The position numbers were made by a program, and so were the translations under genes. Shown here one piece after another: positions 19,355-31,806 of a DNA stretch of 64,000 bases. The notes beneath the pieces were generated by a model, which was not told the DNA's origin, ran no database searches, and saw nothing but the letters and a program-made list of their open reading frames with translations. Position 1 is the first letter of the stretch. Every line of letters starts with the position of its first letter. Source of the DNA: an uncultured Candidatus Entotheonella sp. (lineage in GTDB: Bacteria > Tectomicrobia > Entotheonellia > Entotheonellales > Entotheonellaceae); the NCBI GenBank assembly GCA_965215335.1, contig CBDCDA010000001.1:992001-1056000 (forward strand), given 5' to 3'.

Positions 19355-20347
19355 ATGTCTCAGGTGTGCATCCGTGGCGTCGGCAGCTACCTGCCGGCGG
19401 CCCGCCTGACCAACGCCGACATCGCCGGGCGGTTTGGTATCACGGATGAGTACATCGTCAGACTCACCGGTATCCGTGAACGGCGCCGCGCCGCGCCCGA
19501 TGAGGCCACCTCCGACATGGCCGTCAAGGCAGCCCGGGCGGCATTGATGGATGCCGGGCTGGCGCACGACGCCGTCGAGTGCGTCATCGTCGCAACCGCC
19601 TCGCCGGACCACATCACCCCCTCGACGGCCAATCTGGTACAGGAAGCGCTGCACCTGCCGACGGTGCCGGCGTACGACCTCAACGCCGGCTGCACGGGCT
19701 CCCTCTACGCCCTGATCACCGCCACCGGACTGGCGCGTGCCGGCGTTTGCGGCACGGCCTTGGTCATCGGCGCCGAGCTGGTGTCGCGCATGGTGGATGA
19801 CGACGACCAGGAGACCGCCCTGGTTTTCGGCGACGGCGCCGGTGCCCTGGTTGTCCAGGCCGGTGCGGGCGGGCGCGGCGACCTGCGCATGCTGGCGCAT
19901 TGTTGGGGCAGCGACGGCAGCATGTCGGGCGTCATCAAGGTGGCGGCAGGGGGGTCGCGGCATCCGGCCAGTCACCAGACCATCGCCACCGGCGAACATT
20001 TTCTGCGCATGCACGGCGGGCGCGTCTTCCGCTTCGCCGTGCGCGCCCTGACCAGCCTGGTGCATGACGTTCTGGAACGCGCCGGCCGCACGCTGGCCGA
20101 TCTGCGGTTGCTGATTCCGCACCAGGCGAATTGGCGTATCATCGAGGCGGCGGCGAAAAAACTGCCCCTGGATATGGCCAACGTCATGGTCAACATCGAT
20201 CGGTATGGAAATATGTCGGCCGCCTCCGTCATCGTGGCCCTGCAGGAGGCGCGCCTGCAGGGGCGTCTGCAAGCGGGCGACACCGTCGTCATGGCCTCGT
20301 TCGGGGCCGGGCTGACGTGGGCGGCGGTGGCCTTGGAAGTGGTATAG
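19355..20347 (+). CDS. fabH: 3-oxoacyl-ACP synthase III
   Basis: TGIRERR, AGCTG, FGDGAGA, PHQAN, YGNMSAAS, FGAGLTW. Confidence 0.93.
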   Translation: MSQVCIRGVGSYLPAARLTNADIAGRFGITDEYIVRLTGIRERRRAAPDEATSDMAVKAARAALMDAGLAHDAVECVIVATASPDHITPSTANLVQEALHLPTVPAYDLNAGCTGSLYALITATGLARAGVCGTALVIGAELVSRMVDDDDQETALVFGDGAGALVVQAGAGGRGDLRMLAHCWGSDGSMSGVIKVAAGGSRHPASHQTIATGEHFLRMHGGRVFRFAVRALTSLVHDVLERAGRTLADLRLLIPHQANWRIIEAAAKKLPLDMANVMVNIDRYGNMSAASVIVALQEARLQGRLQAGDTVVMASFGAGLTWAAVALEVV

Positions 20348-20379
20348 AGGCGGCGGCTCGCCGCCAGGAGGCGAACAAC

Positions 20380-22229
<1,850 letters not shown>

Positions 22230-22320
22230 ACCGTCCTGCGCGCATGCGAAGAATGGCGGATGACGCGCTGCCCGGCGCGTCGAAAGCAGGAAGAATGAGG
22301 CCCCCGGCGGCTGGGGCGCA

Positions 22321-22404
22321 TGCCGGAGGTCGGACTCGAACCGACACGAGGTCGCCCTCACGGGATTTTGAGTCCCGCGCGTCTACCAATTTCACCACTC
22401 CGGC
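22321..22404 (-). tRNA. tRNA-Leu (anticodon CAA), CCA not encoded
   Basis: Reverse complement GCCGGAGTGGTGAAATTGGTAGACGCG-CGGGA-CTCAAAA-TCCCG, long variable arm, GGTTCGAGTCC...CTCCGGCA. Confidence 0.95.
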
Positions 22405-22422
22405 AAGGGCTGCAAGGCGGAA

Positions 22423-22451
22423 ACCTTAGTACGGAACCCGGAGGCTGTCAA
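22423..22451 (-). promoter_or_regulatory. Putative sigma70 promoter of tRNA-Leu
   Basis: TTGACA-N17-TAAGGT on the minus strand about 20 bp upstream of the tRNA 5' end. Confidence 0.6.
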
Positions 22452-22462
22452 GCGAGCCGTCA

Positions 22463-23101
22463 ATGGACGTTTACCCCATTTTCCTCACTGATCTGCAGTC
22501 ACGGCGCTGCGTCGTCATCGGCGGCGACGCCGAGGCCGAACGCAAGGTGGCAGGCTTGCTGGCAGTCAACGCAGCCGTGACCGTCATCAGCGAAACCCTC
22601 ACCGACGAGCTGACCCTGTGGGCCGACGAACACCGCATCTCCTGGCTGCCCCGTGCCTGTCAGCCGGGCGACCTGCGGGACGCCTGGCTGGCTGTCGCCA
22701 CCACCCGCGACAGCGCCCTGGCCGCCCGCCTCAAGGACGAGGCGGAGAAACACGGCGTTTTGCTGAACGTCGTGGACGACGTGCCCCACAGCAGCTTCGT
22801 GGCAGGCGCCATGATGCGCCGCGGGCCACTCGCCATTGCCGTTTCGACCAGCGGCTGCTCGCCGGCCCTGGCCACCAGGATACGGCAGCAACTGGAACAG
22901 ACGTTCGGCCCGGAATACGCCGACTTTCTCGACCTGCTCGGCGACCTGCGGCAGCCCGTGGCAGCGCGTCACCCCGGCTTTGCGGCGAGAAAGGCGCTCT
23001 GGGCACGACTGCTGGACTCCGACGTACTCGACCTGCTGCGGAAGGGTCGACCCGCCCAGGCACGCCGTCTGGCATCCGGCCTGGCCGGGCTGGTGGAGTA
23101 A
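22463..23101 (+). CDS. sirC: Precorrin-2 dehydrogenase/sirohydrochlorin ferrochelatase (SirC/CysG N-terminal-like)
   Basis: YPIFL, CVVIGG..AERK, LNVVD.P, IAVSTSG.SP.LA. Confidence 0.88.
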   Translation: MDVYPIFLTDLQSRRCVVIGGDAEAERKVAGLLAVNAAVTVISETLTDELTLWADEHRISWLPRACQPGDLRDAWLAVATTRDSALAARLKDEAEKHGVLLNVVDDVPHSSFVAGAMMRRGPLAIAVSTSGCSPALATRIRQQLEQTFGPEYADFLDLLGDLRQPVAARHPGFAARKALWARLLDSDVLDLLRKGRPAQARRLASGLAGLVE

Positions 23102-23234
23102 CAACAGCAGATTTCCATGCCGACCGTCCGTAAAGACCGCTCGGGAAGTCACCTCGAACTGCCGCGCAGGGCTTGCCGCCCCCTCCCTCAGAACCACTGT
23201 CGCCGGGGCAGCATGCGGAATTCCGCGGCAAAGG

Positions 23235-24149
23235 ATGGCCATGCAGCTTGAACTCGCAAGTGCGGGTTTCGGGGCTGGCGCGGTGTCGCCGTTCCGCGAG
23301 ATGGGCGCGTATGAGGCCCTGTGGTCGGTACCCGGCACGACGTTCCAGTCGCTGGCGACGCGCTTTGCCAGGCGGCCCGGCAGCGTGCCGTCGGATTTCG
23401 TGCCGCGCAGCGAGGCGGCAGCCTGCGCGGCTTTCGTGAAGCGGCGCTTCGCCGCCGCCGGGGTGGAACGCTTCGGGGTGCGGCTGCACGGCGCCGGGGA
23501 GTACCCGCAGCAGCTGCGCGACGCGGCTCATCCGGTGGAGCTGCTCTATTACCAGGGCTGGTGGGACCTGACGGCGTCGCCGTCGGTGGCGGTGGTAGGC
23601 ACCCGCAGGCCATCGCCGCAGGGCCTGGCGCGCACCCGCCGCCTGGTGCGGGCGCTGGTGGCGGACGGCTACACCGTGGTGTCGGGCCTGGCGGCGGGGA
23701 CCGACCGCATGGCGCACGAGACGACCATCCAGGCCGGGGGCCGGACGATCGCGGTGATCGGCACGCCCCTGTCGCATGCCTATCCACGCGAGAACCGCGA
23801 GCTGCAACGGCAGCTCGCGGCGCAGTTCCTGGTCATCAGCCAGGTGCCGCTGAAGCGCTACGAAGCGCAGGACTACCACCGTAACCGCCGCTTCTTCCCG
23901 GCGCGCAACGTCACCATGTCGGCGCTCACCGAGGCGACCATCATCGTCGAGGCGGGCGCGACCTCGGGCACGCTGATTCAGGGACGCGCGGCCCTGCGGC
24001 AGGGCCGCAAGCTGTTTCTCCTCGACAACTGCTTCCGCGACCCCGCCATCGCCTGGCCGGCGCGGTTCGTCGAGCAGGGCGCGGTGAGGGTCAGGACCTA
24101 CGATGACATCCGAGAGCAGCTTTCCGCAGCGCCTCACCGAGATCGATGA
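23235..24149 (+). CDS. dprA: DprA/Smf-like protein (core domain only); candidate ShosA-like defense component
   Basis: EYPQQL, VAVVGTR, VSGLAAGTD..AH, VIGTPL..AYPREN, FPARN, IVEAG.TSGTL; no C-terminal winged-helix region. Confidence 0.85.
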   Translation: MAMQLELASAGFGAGAVSPFREMGAYEALWSVPGTTFQSLATRFARRPGSVPSDFVPRSEAAACAAFVKRRFAAAGVERFGVRLHGAGEYPQQLRDAAHPVELLYYQGWWDLTASPSVAVVGTRRPSPQGLARTRRLVRALVADGYTVVSGLAAGTDRMAHETTIQAGGRTIAVIGTPLSHAYPRENRELQRQLAAQFLVISQVPLKRYEAQDYHRNRRFFPARNVTMSALTEATIIVEAGATSGTLIQGRAALRQGRKLFLLDNCFRDPAIAWPARFVEQGAVRVRTYDDIREQLSAAPHRDR

Positions 24150-24795
24150 CCTGACGCGCCCGGACCACCGGTACCTGGTCGCGTCGGACATCTGCCATTT
24201 CATCGGCGAGTACACGGCGCGCCGGGGCTTTGCCTGCAGCGCCACGAACAGCCTGATCCTGGACTTCAAGAAGCCGGTGGACCGATCCGGGCTGCCGGAA
24301 TGGCGCTACAAGGAAGAAGCGGTCGCCACGGCTGCGGCGGTGTTCCGGCGGGCGGTACACCCGGACGTTCTCAATCGCCTGGTGTTCGTGCCGGTGCCGC
24401 CGTCGAAGGCGCGCGAAGACGCGCGCTATGATGACCGCCTGGTGCGGATGCTGCAGGCGGTGCGGCCACAGCGGCCGCTGGACGTGCGGGAATTGATCGT
24501 GCAGACGCACAGCACGGAAGCGGCGCACCTCCGGGCGGTGCGTCCGAAACCGGAGGAGATCGCGGCATCGTACCGCATCGACCCGGCGCTGGCGGCGCCA
24601 GCGCCGGGAGTGGTGGCGATCGTCGACGACCTGCTGACGACGGGGGCACATTTCCGGGCTGCGGCAACGGTGTTGTCGGCGCGCTTCCCGGACATTGACG
24701 TGGTCGGGCTGTTCATTGCCCGACGGGTGCCGGGCACCACGGAGCCGGAGGCGCTGGATGAGGCTGCAAGCTCCCTCGCCGGGAGACGGGCATGA
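24103..24795 (+). CDS. Phosphoribosyltransferase-like protein
   Basis: FVPVPPSK and PRPP loop VAIVDDLLTTGAHF; overlaps the dprA-like gene. Confidence 0.8.
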   Translation: MTSESSFPQRLTEIDDLTRPDHRYLVASDICHFIGEYTARRGFACSATNSLILDFKKPVDRSGLPEWRYKEEAVATAAAVFRRAVHPDVLNRLVFVPVPPSKAREDARYDDRLVRMLQAVRPQRPLDVRELIVQTHSTEAAHLRAVRPKPEEIAASYRIDPALAAPAPGVVAIVDDLLTTGAHFRAAATVLSARFPDIDVVGLFIARRVPGTTEPEALDEAASSLAGRRA

Positions 24796-25562
24796 GAGGC
24801 GCAAGGGGACGGCGGGACGGCAGCCGGCGGCGCGGCGTCGCCTGCCTGGGCGCCGTGTTTCTGGCGGTGGGTCTCGGCAGCGGCGCTGCCGAGACCTGGC
24901 ATGGCCTGGTGGTGGCGCCGGAGCAACGCTGCTCGCCGTATGACAGGCAGCGGGATTATCCGTACCCGCAATCCATCGAGCGCGACATCGTGCGGCGCCT
25001 CGGAGCGGTGTACGGCCCGTACACCGGCACCTGCTTCGCCTCGCGGCGCGAGACGGACATCGAGCACATCGTGGCGGCGAGCGAGGCGCATGACTCGGGC
25101 CTGTGCGCCAGGGATCGGGCGACGCGGGCGCGCTTCGCCTCGGACCTGCGCAACCTGACGCTGGCAGCGCCGCGCGTGAACCGCCACCAGAAAGGCGGCA
25201 AGGACGCCGCCGAGTGGCTGCCGGCGCGCAACCGGTGCTGGTTTGCAGCGACCGTGGTAGCCATGCGGCGCGCCTACGGGCTGACCATCGACCGACGCGA
25301 GGCGGCGGCGCTGGAGCGGGTTCTCGGCGGCTGCGAGAACGTCGAAATGGAGCCGCTGGTGTGCCATGCGGCACCGGGGGGTGGCCACCGTCCGGGGGCG
25401 AGCCCGGACGCCGGCATGGCGCTGGCGCGCCATGACGACAACGGCGACGGGCGGATCACCTGCCGGGAGGCGCGGCGGCATGGGATTGCGCCGGTGTACG
25501 CCGGCGATCCGGCGTACCGGCATATGCGTGATGGTGACGGGGACGGGGTGGTGTGCGAGTGA
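24792..25562 (+). CDS. Secreted HNH-type (DUF1524-like) nuclease with C-terminal Excalibur Ca-binding domain
   Basis: N-terminal signal peptide; DIEHIVA..EA.DSG, FASDLRNL..A...VNR..KG.KDAAEWLP; C-terminal DDNGDG...C...DGDGDGVVCE. Confidence 0.8.
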   Translation: MRGARGRRDGSRRRGVACLGAVFLAVGLGSGAAETWHGLVVAPEQRCSPYDRQRDYPYPQSIERDIVRRLGAVYGPYTGTCFASRRETDIEHIVAASEAHDSGLCARDRATRARFASDLRNLTLAAPRVNRHQKGGKDAAEWLPARNRCWFAATVVAMRRAYGLTIDRREAAALERVLGGCENVEMEPLVCHAAPGGGHRPGASPDAGMALARHDDNGDGRITCREARRHGIAPVYAGDPAYRHMRDGDGDGVVCE

Positions 25563-25567
25563 GAGAG

Positions 25568-26974
25568 ATGGTCTCCCTTCCGGTCTGGGTCGCGATAGTC
25601 GCCGGCGCGCTTTCACTTTGGGCAGTTCTCGACCGCCTGATTGTTCCAGGCACGCGCTGGTTTTTCAGACAGCGTGCCGGTCGTATGATCAACGAACTCA
25701 ATACCCGCTTGCAACTGCAGATACCCCTTTTCCAACAGACAAGACGACGCGTTCTCATTGATCGACTGACGTACGATCCCAGGGTGATGGAGTCGGTCGA
25801 GACCGAGGCGCGAAAGTCTGGCGCGCCGCGGGAAGTTCTGGTCCGCGAAGTCGAACGCTATGCGCGTGAGATCGTCCCGTCGTTCAACGTCTACGTCTAT
25901 TTCCGCATCGGCTATTACCTGGCACGACGCATTCTGCAATTTCTCTATCGCGTCCGCCTGGGCTATGCCGACGACGCAGCGCTGGCCAGAATCGAGCCCA
26001 ACGCGAGCGTCGTTTTTCTGATGAATCACCGCAGCAATATGGACTACATCATCGTTGCCTACATGGCCGCGAATCGCTCCGCCTTGAGCTATGCAGTGGG
26101 CGAATGGGCGCGTACCTGGCCCCTTCAGTCCCTGATCAAATCTCTCGGCGGTTTCTTCGTGCGCCGAGAATCAGACGATCCCCTCTACCGCCGGGTGTTG
26201 GCTCGCTACGTACAGATGGCAACGGCAGGCGGTGTCGTGCAGGCGTTCTATCCCGAGGGCCGCTTCACCCGCGACGGGCATCTCCGAAAGCCGCGGCTCG
26301 GCCTCATCAGCTACATGGTCTCGGCGTTCGACCCCGAGGGCGAACGCGACCTCGTGTTCATCCCGGTGGGTATCAACTACGACCGCGTGCTGGAGGACCG
26401 CACCCTGGTGCGCGAACTCGACCCGCAAGCCAGCCCGCGCAGCAAGACATACACGGTCGTGACCTTTCTCGGGTTCCTCGGCCACAACGTGCGACTCTTG
26501 CTGCAACGACGCTGGTATCGCTTCGGCTACGCCTGCGTCAGCTTCGGAACGCCGATTTCCATGCGCTCATATACCGACCGCGCCAAGATCGATTTCCGCC
26601 TTCTGGACCCGAAAGCTCGCTTTGAAGCCGTAGAGCGGCTTGGCGACGAGTTGTTCGACGCCATCGCCACGACCATCCCGGTCCTGCCGGTGCCACTCAT
26701 CGCCACCGTGTTTCTGCGCCATCCCCAGACGGCGATGAGCGAGCTCGAGATCAAGGCGCGAGCCCATGCCCTCATCAACGACCTCGAACAGCGCGGGGCG
26801 TACGTCCATATCCCGAGGGCGGACCGTGACTACGCCACCACGGTGGGGCTGCGGATGCTGGTGCTGCGACACCTGGTGCAGGAATCGAACGGGCTCTACC
26901 GGGCGTGCGACACCGAGCACGACATGCTGCGCTATTACGCCAACTCGATAGCGTACTTCCTGTCCAAACCGTGA
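25568..26974 (+). CDS. Glycerol-3-phosphate acyltransferase (PlsB-like)
   Basis: NHRSNMD (HX4D), GGFFVRR, FYPEG..TRDG, PVGINYDRVLED. Confidence 0.88.
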   Translation: MVSLPVWVAIVAGALSLWAVLDRLIVPGTRWFFRQRAGRMINELNTRLQLQIPLFQQTRRRVLIDRLTYDPRVMESVETEARKSGAPREVLVREVERYAREIVPSFNVYVYFRIGYYLARRILQFLYRVRLGYADDAALARIEPNASVVFLMNHRSNMDYIIVAYMAANRSALSYAVGEWARTWPLQSLIKSLGGFFVRRESDDPLYRRVLARYVQMATAGGVVQAFYPEGRFTRDGHLRKPRLGLISYMVSAFDPEGERDLVFIPVGINYDRVLEDRTLVRELDPQASPRSKTYTVVTFLGFLGHNVRLLLQRRWYRFGYACVSFGTPISMRSYTDRAKIDFRLLDPKARFEAVERLGDELFDAIATTIPVLPVPLIATVFLRHPQTAMSELEIKARAHALINDLEQRGAYVHIPRADRDYATTVGLRMLVLRHLVQESNGLYRACDTEHDMLRYYANSIAYFLSKP

Positions 26975-26976
26975 TG

Positions 26977-27010
26977 GCTCCGGGCGCCGCGCCCGGAGCT
27001 TCCCCTCTTT
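26977..27010 (+). terminator. Hairpin between convergent genes, terminator-like
   Basis: GCTCCGGGCG-CCG-CGCCCGGAGC followed by a pyrimidine tract. Confidence 0.5.
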
Positions 27011-27065
27011 CGGTCGACCGGCAACCTGGCACCGGCACACCACAAGCCCGCAGCCCGTCCGAGCT

Positions 27066-27776
27066 CTATGTCAACGCCTCGGCCAACGCCGCCAGGTTCG
27101 ATACGACCAGGTCGGGCTGATACGGTGTCTCGCCATAGGGGCGGCCGCGACGATCGATAAATGCTGCCCGCATGCCATAGGCCTTGGCACCAATGCAGTC
27201 GAAGGTGTGACTGGCGACGTGCATGATGCTCGTCCGCGCCTCTCCGATCAACTCTTCAGCCTTCTGATACGTCTTGTAATGGGGCTTGAAGTACCCCGCT
27301 TCTTCAACCGAAATCGTCCGGTCGAAATCGAAGCCGATCGACGGCTTCGCGTTTTCCAGCATGTCCCGGTCGCCGTTGGACAGAATCACGAGACGATAAC
27401 GGGTTCGGAGTCGGGACAGCGCGTCAGGAACGTCTGGAAAAGGCCGCAGTTGTTCGATCCGGGCGACCAGCCATCCCACCTCTTCCTGAGTATGGGCAAT
27501 ACCTGCTCGCGTCATCACGTGCGACACCGCCCGGTGGCCGATCTGCCGGTACGGCGTGTGCCCGCGGTCACACAACGCATCGATCATCGAATCCTCGTAA
27601 TGGGTGCGCCGCCACCAGGTGACAAAGCGGTGCGGCTCACCGTCCCAGCCTTTCTCGCGCAGAAAGGGTGTAACCGCATCGATCAGGCCCCGCTGCATAT
27701 CGACGACGGTACCGTACTGATCGAACATCAACACCTTGACCTCGCGCTTGAGCACGTCAATCGTCGCTGCTGTCAT
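27066..27776 (-). CDS. Haloacid dehalogenase type II
   Basis: FDQYGTVVD, ILSNG, YFKPH, HVASH.FD..GAK. Confidence 0.9.
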   Translation of the reverse strand: MTAATIDVLKREVKVLMFDQYGTVVDMQRGLIDAVTPFLREKGWDGEPHRFVTWWRRTHYEDSMIDALCDRGHTPYRQIGHRAVSHVMTRAGIAHTQEEVGWLVARIEQLRPFPDVPDALSRLRTRYRLVILSNGDRDMLENAKPSIGFDFDRTISVEEAGYFKPHYKTYQKAEELIGEARTSIMHVASHTFDCIGAKAYGMRAAFIDRRGRPYGETPYQPDLVVSNLAALAEALT

Positions 27777-27870
27777 TGCAATCGCTTCCTCCCGACAGAC
27801 TTGAGGTCCCCCCCCGTATTGCTGCCACGGTTATCTGGTCATGAGTCCTGCCCCCGGGTCGGCGTTGGCC

Positions 27871-30114
27871 TCATGGATTGGCGGCAGCTGCCGGCTCGAT
27901 GCGGACGGCGCACGCTTTATACGACGGTTGCCGCGAATACGGGTCAAAGGCGGCGAAGGTGAGCTGATTGGTCGCCGCGTCGTGCATGGGCATGAACACC
28001 TGCCCCGGCTGCACCACGTGGCTGACGAATGCCTTGGCTCGCACCTGACCGCGCTGCGAGCGCACGATGACCCAGGCGTTGGTGCGCAGACCCAGGGCGG
28101 CAGCGTCTTTGGGGCTCAACTCGACATACGGCACATTGGGATGCAGCTTGCGCAGCACGTGACTCTTGCCGGTTCGCGTCTGGGTGTGCCACTGGCTCGA
28201 AGTGCCTCGCCCGGTAAGCAGCGTCAACGGGTACGCGCGGCTGGTCGGTTCGGGCAGTGGGCGGGGCGCCTCGAACACGAAGCGCGCGCGCCCGTCGTCG
28301 GTGTAGAACCGGGCGTCTTCGAACAGCCGCCGCTCGCTGCCTGCCGCGACGCTTGCGCCTGCCGGCAGCGGCCATTGGATGCCGCGTTTGGCGTCCAGCA
28401 TGCGGTAGCCGTCGATGCCGCTGATGTCGCACGGCCTGCCTGCCGAGCACGCCCTGAGCAGCCGGAAGGCTGCCTCCGGTGATTCCCACTCGCGAAATAG
28501 GTCGCCACAACCCCACGCCTCGGCGATCAGCCTGAAGATGCGGAAGTCGCTCAGGGCCTGCCCCGGTGCCCTGGCCACCTGTTTGACGACCCCGAGACGG
28601 CGCTCGGAGTTGATGAACACACCCTCCTTTTCGCCCCAGCCGGCGGCGGGCAGCACAAGGTCGGCGAAAGCGGCGGTCTCGGTGCTGCGGTACATGTCCT
28701 GCACGACCAGGAAATCCAGCCGCTGCAGGATGTCGTGCGCGTCTGCCTGATTGATCCACGAGTGGGCGGTGTTCGTGGCAATGACCCACAACCCCCGGAT
28801 GCGGCCCTTCAGGATGCCCTCCATGATTTGATCATAGGCCCAGCTCGGCTCGCTGGGGATACGTGCCGCGTCGATGCCCAGGACGCCGGCTACCTTGTCG
28901 CGGTGCTGTGGGTCGGCGAAATCGTGGCCGCCCAGCAGGTTGGTGGTATTGCTGAACAGCCGCGAACCCATGGCGTTGCATTGGCCGGTAATGGAGTTGG
29001 CGCCGGTGCCGGGCTTGCCGATGTTGCCGGTCATCAGCGCCAGGTTGATGATCGCCTGCGCCGTGCGCACGCCCTCGTGGCTCTGGTTCACCCCCATCGT
29101 CCACCAGAACGACACCCGCTTGCCGTCGTGGATCGTGCGGGCCAGCGCCTCGATGTCGTCACCCGCCAAGCCGCAGCGCTCGGCGGCGACTTCCGGCGTG
29201 AACCCCTCAAGGTGCCCGCAAAACGCCTCGAAGTCGTTGGTATGGGCGTCGATGAAGGGCCGGTCGATCCATCCCTGGCGCACCAGCACGTGGGCGACGG
29301 CGTACAGCAGGACCAGGTCGGACTTGGGCCGTAGCGCCAGGTGCCGGGTGGCTGCCTGTGCCGTTTCGGTGCGCCGCGGGTCGATGACGACGATTTCCGG
29401 CTGGTGCGGGTTCCTGCACACGCGCTCCCACAGGATCGGATGGGCGATGCACGGGTTGGCGCCGATGAAGACCAGGACGTCCGATTCTTCGAGGTCCTTG
29501 TACGTGTAGGGGGGCGCGTCGAAGCCGAAGGCCTGCTTGTAGGCGACCACCGAGGTGGCCATGCACTGCCGGGTGTTGCCGTCGCCATGCAGCAGCCCCA
29601 TGCCGAACTTGCCGAGGGCACCGAGCAGGGCCATCTCCTCCATGGGAATCTGACCGGTGCCGAGGAAGGCGACGGACGCCTTGCCGTAGCGCGCCTGGAT
29701 GCCCTGCATGCGGCTCACGAAGGTCTCCAGGGCGGTCGGCCAGTCCACCGCCCGCAGCCGCCCGCCGGCGTCGCGCAGCATCGGCGAGGTGGCGCGGTCC
29801 GGGGCGCTCAACGGTGTCAGCGCCTCCCAACCCTTGGGGCAGGCCATGCCCAGGTTGACGGCGTACTGCGTGGTTGGCGACAGGTTCACCGGGCCGGCTT
29901 GGCCGTGCTGCAGATGCACGTCCAGGCCGCAGCCGACCGAGCAGAAGCCGCACACCAGCGTCGTGGTGGCGTCAGGTTGCAGGTGCCGCGGGACCTGCCC
30001 CAGGCCAAAGCCGCCGGGTGCCCGCAGCAGGGTGCGGGTCAGTGCGCCCTGCTTGTCGCGCACCAGCCGCCTGGCGCGCTCGATCACCGTCGCCGTTTTC
30101 CCCCGCTCGTGCAT
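27871..30114 (-). CDS. nasA: Molybdopterin nitrate reductase catalytic subunit (NasA/NarB type)
   Basis: CGFCSVGCG...ACPKG 4Fe-4S motif, [42 protein letters not shown]. Confidence 0.92.
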   Translation of the reverse strand: MHERGKTATVIERARRLVRDKQGALTRTLLRAPGGFGLGQVPRHLQPDATTTLVCGFCSVGCGLDVHLQHGQAGPVNLSPTTQYAVNLGMACPKGWEALTPLSAPDRATSPMLRDAGGRLRAVDWPTALETFVSRMQGIQARYGKASVAFLGTGQIPMEEMALLGALGKFGMGLLHGDGNTRQCMATSVVAYKQAFGFDAPPYTYKDLEESDVLVFIGANPCIAHPILWERVCRNPHQPEIVVIDPRRTETAQAATRHLALRPKSDLVLLYAVAHVLVRQGWIDRPFIDAHTNDFEAFCGHLEGFTPEVAAERCGLAGDDIEALARTIHDGKRVSFWWTMGVNQSHEGVRTAQAIINLALMTGNIGKPGTGANSITGQCNAMGSRLFSNTTNLLGGHDFADPQHRDKVAGVLGIDAARIPSEPSWAYDQIMEGILKGRIRGLWVIATNTAHSWINQADAHDILQRLDFLVVQDMYRSTETAAFADLVLPAAGWGEKEGVFINSERRLGVVKQVARAPGQALSDFRIFRLIAEAWGCGDLFREWESPEAAFRLLRACSAGRPCDISGIDGYRMLDAKRGIQWPLPAGASVAAGSERRLFEDARFYTDDGRARFVFEAPRPLPEPTSRAYPLTLLTGRGTSSQWHTQTRTGKSHVLRKLHPNVPYVELSPKDAAALGLRTNAWVIVRSQRGQVRAKAFVSHVVQPGQVFMPMHDAATNQLTFAAFDPYSRQPSYKACAVRIEPAAAANP

Positions 30115-31806
30115 TTAGGGCAGCCCTCCCGGCATGCGCGGCGCACTCAGCGCCGAGAAAAAGGTCATGCGCTCGATCATCTCGGCAGCCAGCAGAACGA
30201 TGAGGCTGGCCAGCGACCCGGCCAGCGCCGTCGCCGCACTGGCCGGCACCAGGTTCGTCAGCAGCGCCAGCGGTAACACCACCCCGCCCAGACCGCCAAG
30301 AAAGAAGCGCCATAGCGTCAACGCGCGCAACTCCCCCCACAATAGCAGGGCCGTGCGCTTCAAGTCACCCTGTTGATGGTCTCGCAGGTGGACCAGAACG
30401 GACGCCTCGCCGACCAGTTTGAGTAGCGTCAGCAGGGCCACCCCTTGCGCGCCGCGGCGTCCGAAGGCGCTGAGCTCGGCGCTGAGCGGCTCAGCGCCCA
30501 GGACCGCCACGCCAAAGGTGCCGGAGAGAACGGTGGCCCAGCCCAGCCCGGCGCCGGTGAGCGCGAACTTGAAGCCGGTGCGCCCGCCGCTCCACCACTT
30601 GCGCTGCGTGACGTGATACAGCATCACCGAGCACGCCACTGCCGCCATGCCGACCCCGGCGGTGGCGTAACCCAGCGCTTCCAGACCCGCCGCGTCTTGC
30701 GATGCATAGAGCGCCGCGGCGTACAGCGTCGCCAGCAGGGCAAAGGCGGCGAAGGCGATGATCTCGCGGCTCAGCCACGAGGTGCGCAGGCCGATAAAGG
30801 CGCGCCAGGCGTATTGCGGGCGCCCGAGATGCACGGTGCTGGCCAGCATGGCGAGCAGGCCGAGCCCCAGCACCAGCACGCCGTGGAAGGGCCGCAGCAC
30901 CGCCAGGCTCGCCTCGCCGAGCCACATCGGCAGCAATTGGTTGAAGCAAAAGGCGCCCACCGACAGCTGCGTCAGCACCAGCATGATGACCAGGGGCAGG
31001 TGCCGGTGGCCCGGCCGGACTGCGTAGAAATCCGCCGGCAGCATGTTGCGCGGGAATACGTCCGTCGTCTGGTAGCGCGTCGTCGGCACGGTAATCCCGG
31101 GCGACGGCACCCCGGGCAGGAAGGCGTCGCCCTGTGCGTCTTCGATGGCCGCAGCCTTGTCGATGACGCGAATGGCAATGGCCTCGTTGGGGCACGCCTG
31201 CGCGCAGGCCGGGGCTTCGCCGTCCGCCAGCCGTCCGGCGCACATGTCGCACTTGCGCACGATGCCGAGCCTGGCGCTGTACTGCGGCACTTCGTAGGGG
31301 CAGGTGAACACACAGTACTGGCAGCCGATGCATTGGTCGTCGAGATGGTGCACGATGCCGGTCAGCGGGTCCTTCTCGTAGGCTCCGACAGGGCAACCAT
31401 GCATGCAGGCCGGCTCCAGGCAATGATGGCAGGTAGTGGTCACCGTCTTCTGCATCGCCGCGGTCGGGCTGCCGCCGTGCAGCAGACCCACGGAGCGCCA
31501 CGTCTCGCCCGCCTCCAGGCCGTTCAGGCTGTGGCACGCCGTGACGCACGCCTTGCAGCCGGAACAGCGGTCGAGATCCACCTCGAAGCCGTACTGCTGC
31601 CCGGCGCCAGGCGACGACACCGGCATCAGGCTGCGGTAGTATGGCTCCTGCAGGGACGCGGTGTCGCGCTCGTGCAGCTGCGCGAAGCGTTCGACCGCGG
31701 ACAGGTCCTGCTGCGCGGCGAGGCAGGTGTCCAGCAACGCCAGGGAGCAGACAGGCGACGCGGGCTCGGGGAACGAGGTGCCGGTGGCTTCGGTTTGCGG
31801 GCTCAT
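30115..31806 (-). CDS. 4Fe-4S ferredoxin (DmsB-like) fused to DmsC/YnfH-like membrane anchor
   Basis: CSGCKACVTAC, CHHCLEPACMHGCP, CIGCQYCVFTCP, KCDMC..R....PACAQACP; then HLGRP..A..A..GLRTSWLSRE and about 8 TM helices. Confidence 0.88.
   Translation of the reverse strand: MSPQTEATGTSFPEPASPVCSLALLDTCLAAQQDLSAVERFAQLHERDTASLQEPYYRSLMPVSSPGAGQQYGFEVDLDRCSGCKACVTACHSLNGLEAGETWRSVGLLHGGSPTAAMQKTVTTTCHHCLEPACMHGCPVGAYEKDPLTGIVHHLDDQCIGCQYCVFTCPYEVPQYSARLGIVRKCDMCAGRLADGEAPACAQACPNEAIAIRVIDKAAAIEDAQGDAFLPGVPSPGITVPTTRYQTTDVFPRNMLPADFYAVRPGHRHLPLVIMLVLTQLSVGAFCFNQLLPMWLGEASLAVLRPFHGVLVLGLGLLAMLASTVHLGRPQYAWRAFIGLRTSWLSREIIAFAAFALLATLYAAALYASQDAAGLEALGYATAGVGMAAVACSVMLYHVTQRKWWSGGRTGFKFALTGAGLGWATVLSGTFGVAVLGAEPLSAELSAFGRRGAQGVALLTLLKLVGEASVLVHLRDHQQGDLKRTALLLWGELRALTLWRFFLGGLGGVVLPLALLTNLVPASAATALAGSLASLIVLLAAEMIERMTFFSALSAPRMPGGLP

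Noticed and set aside
22321..25562. tRNA-Leu as integration site for the DprA-PRTase cassette
   Set aside because: The cassette lies on the tRNA 5' side beyond sirC; no integrase and no duplicated tRNA 3' end were found
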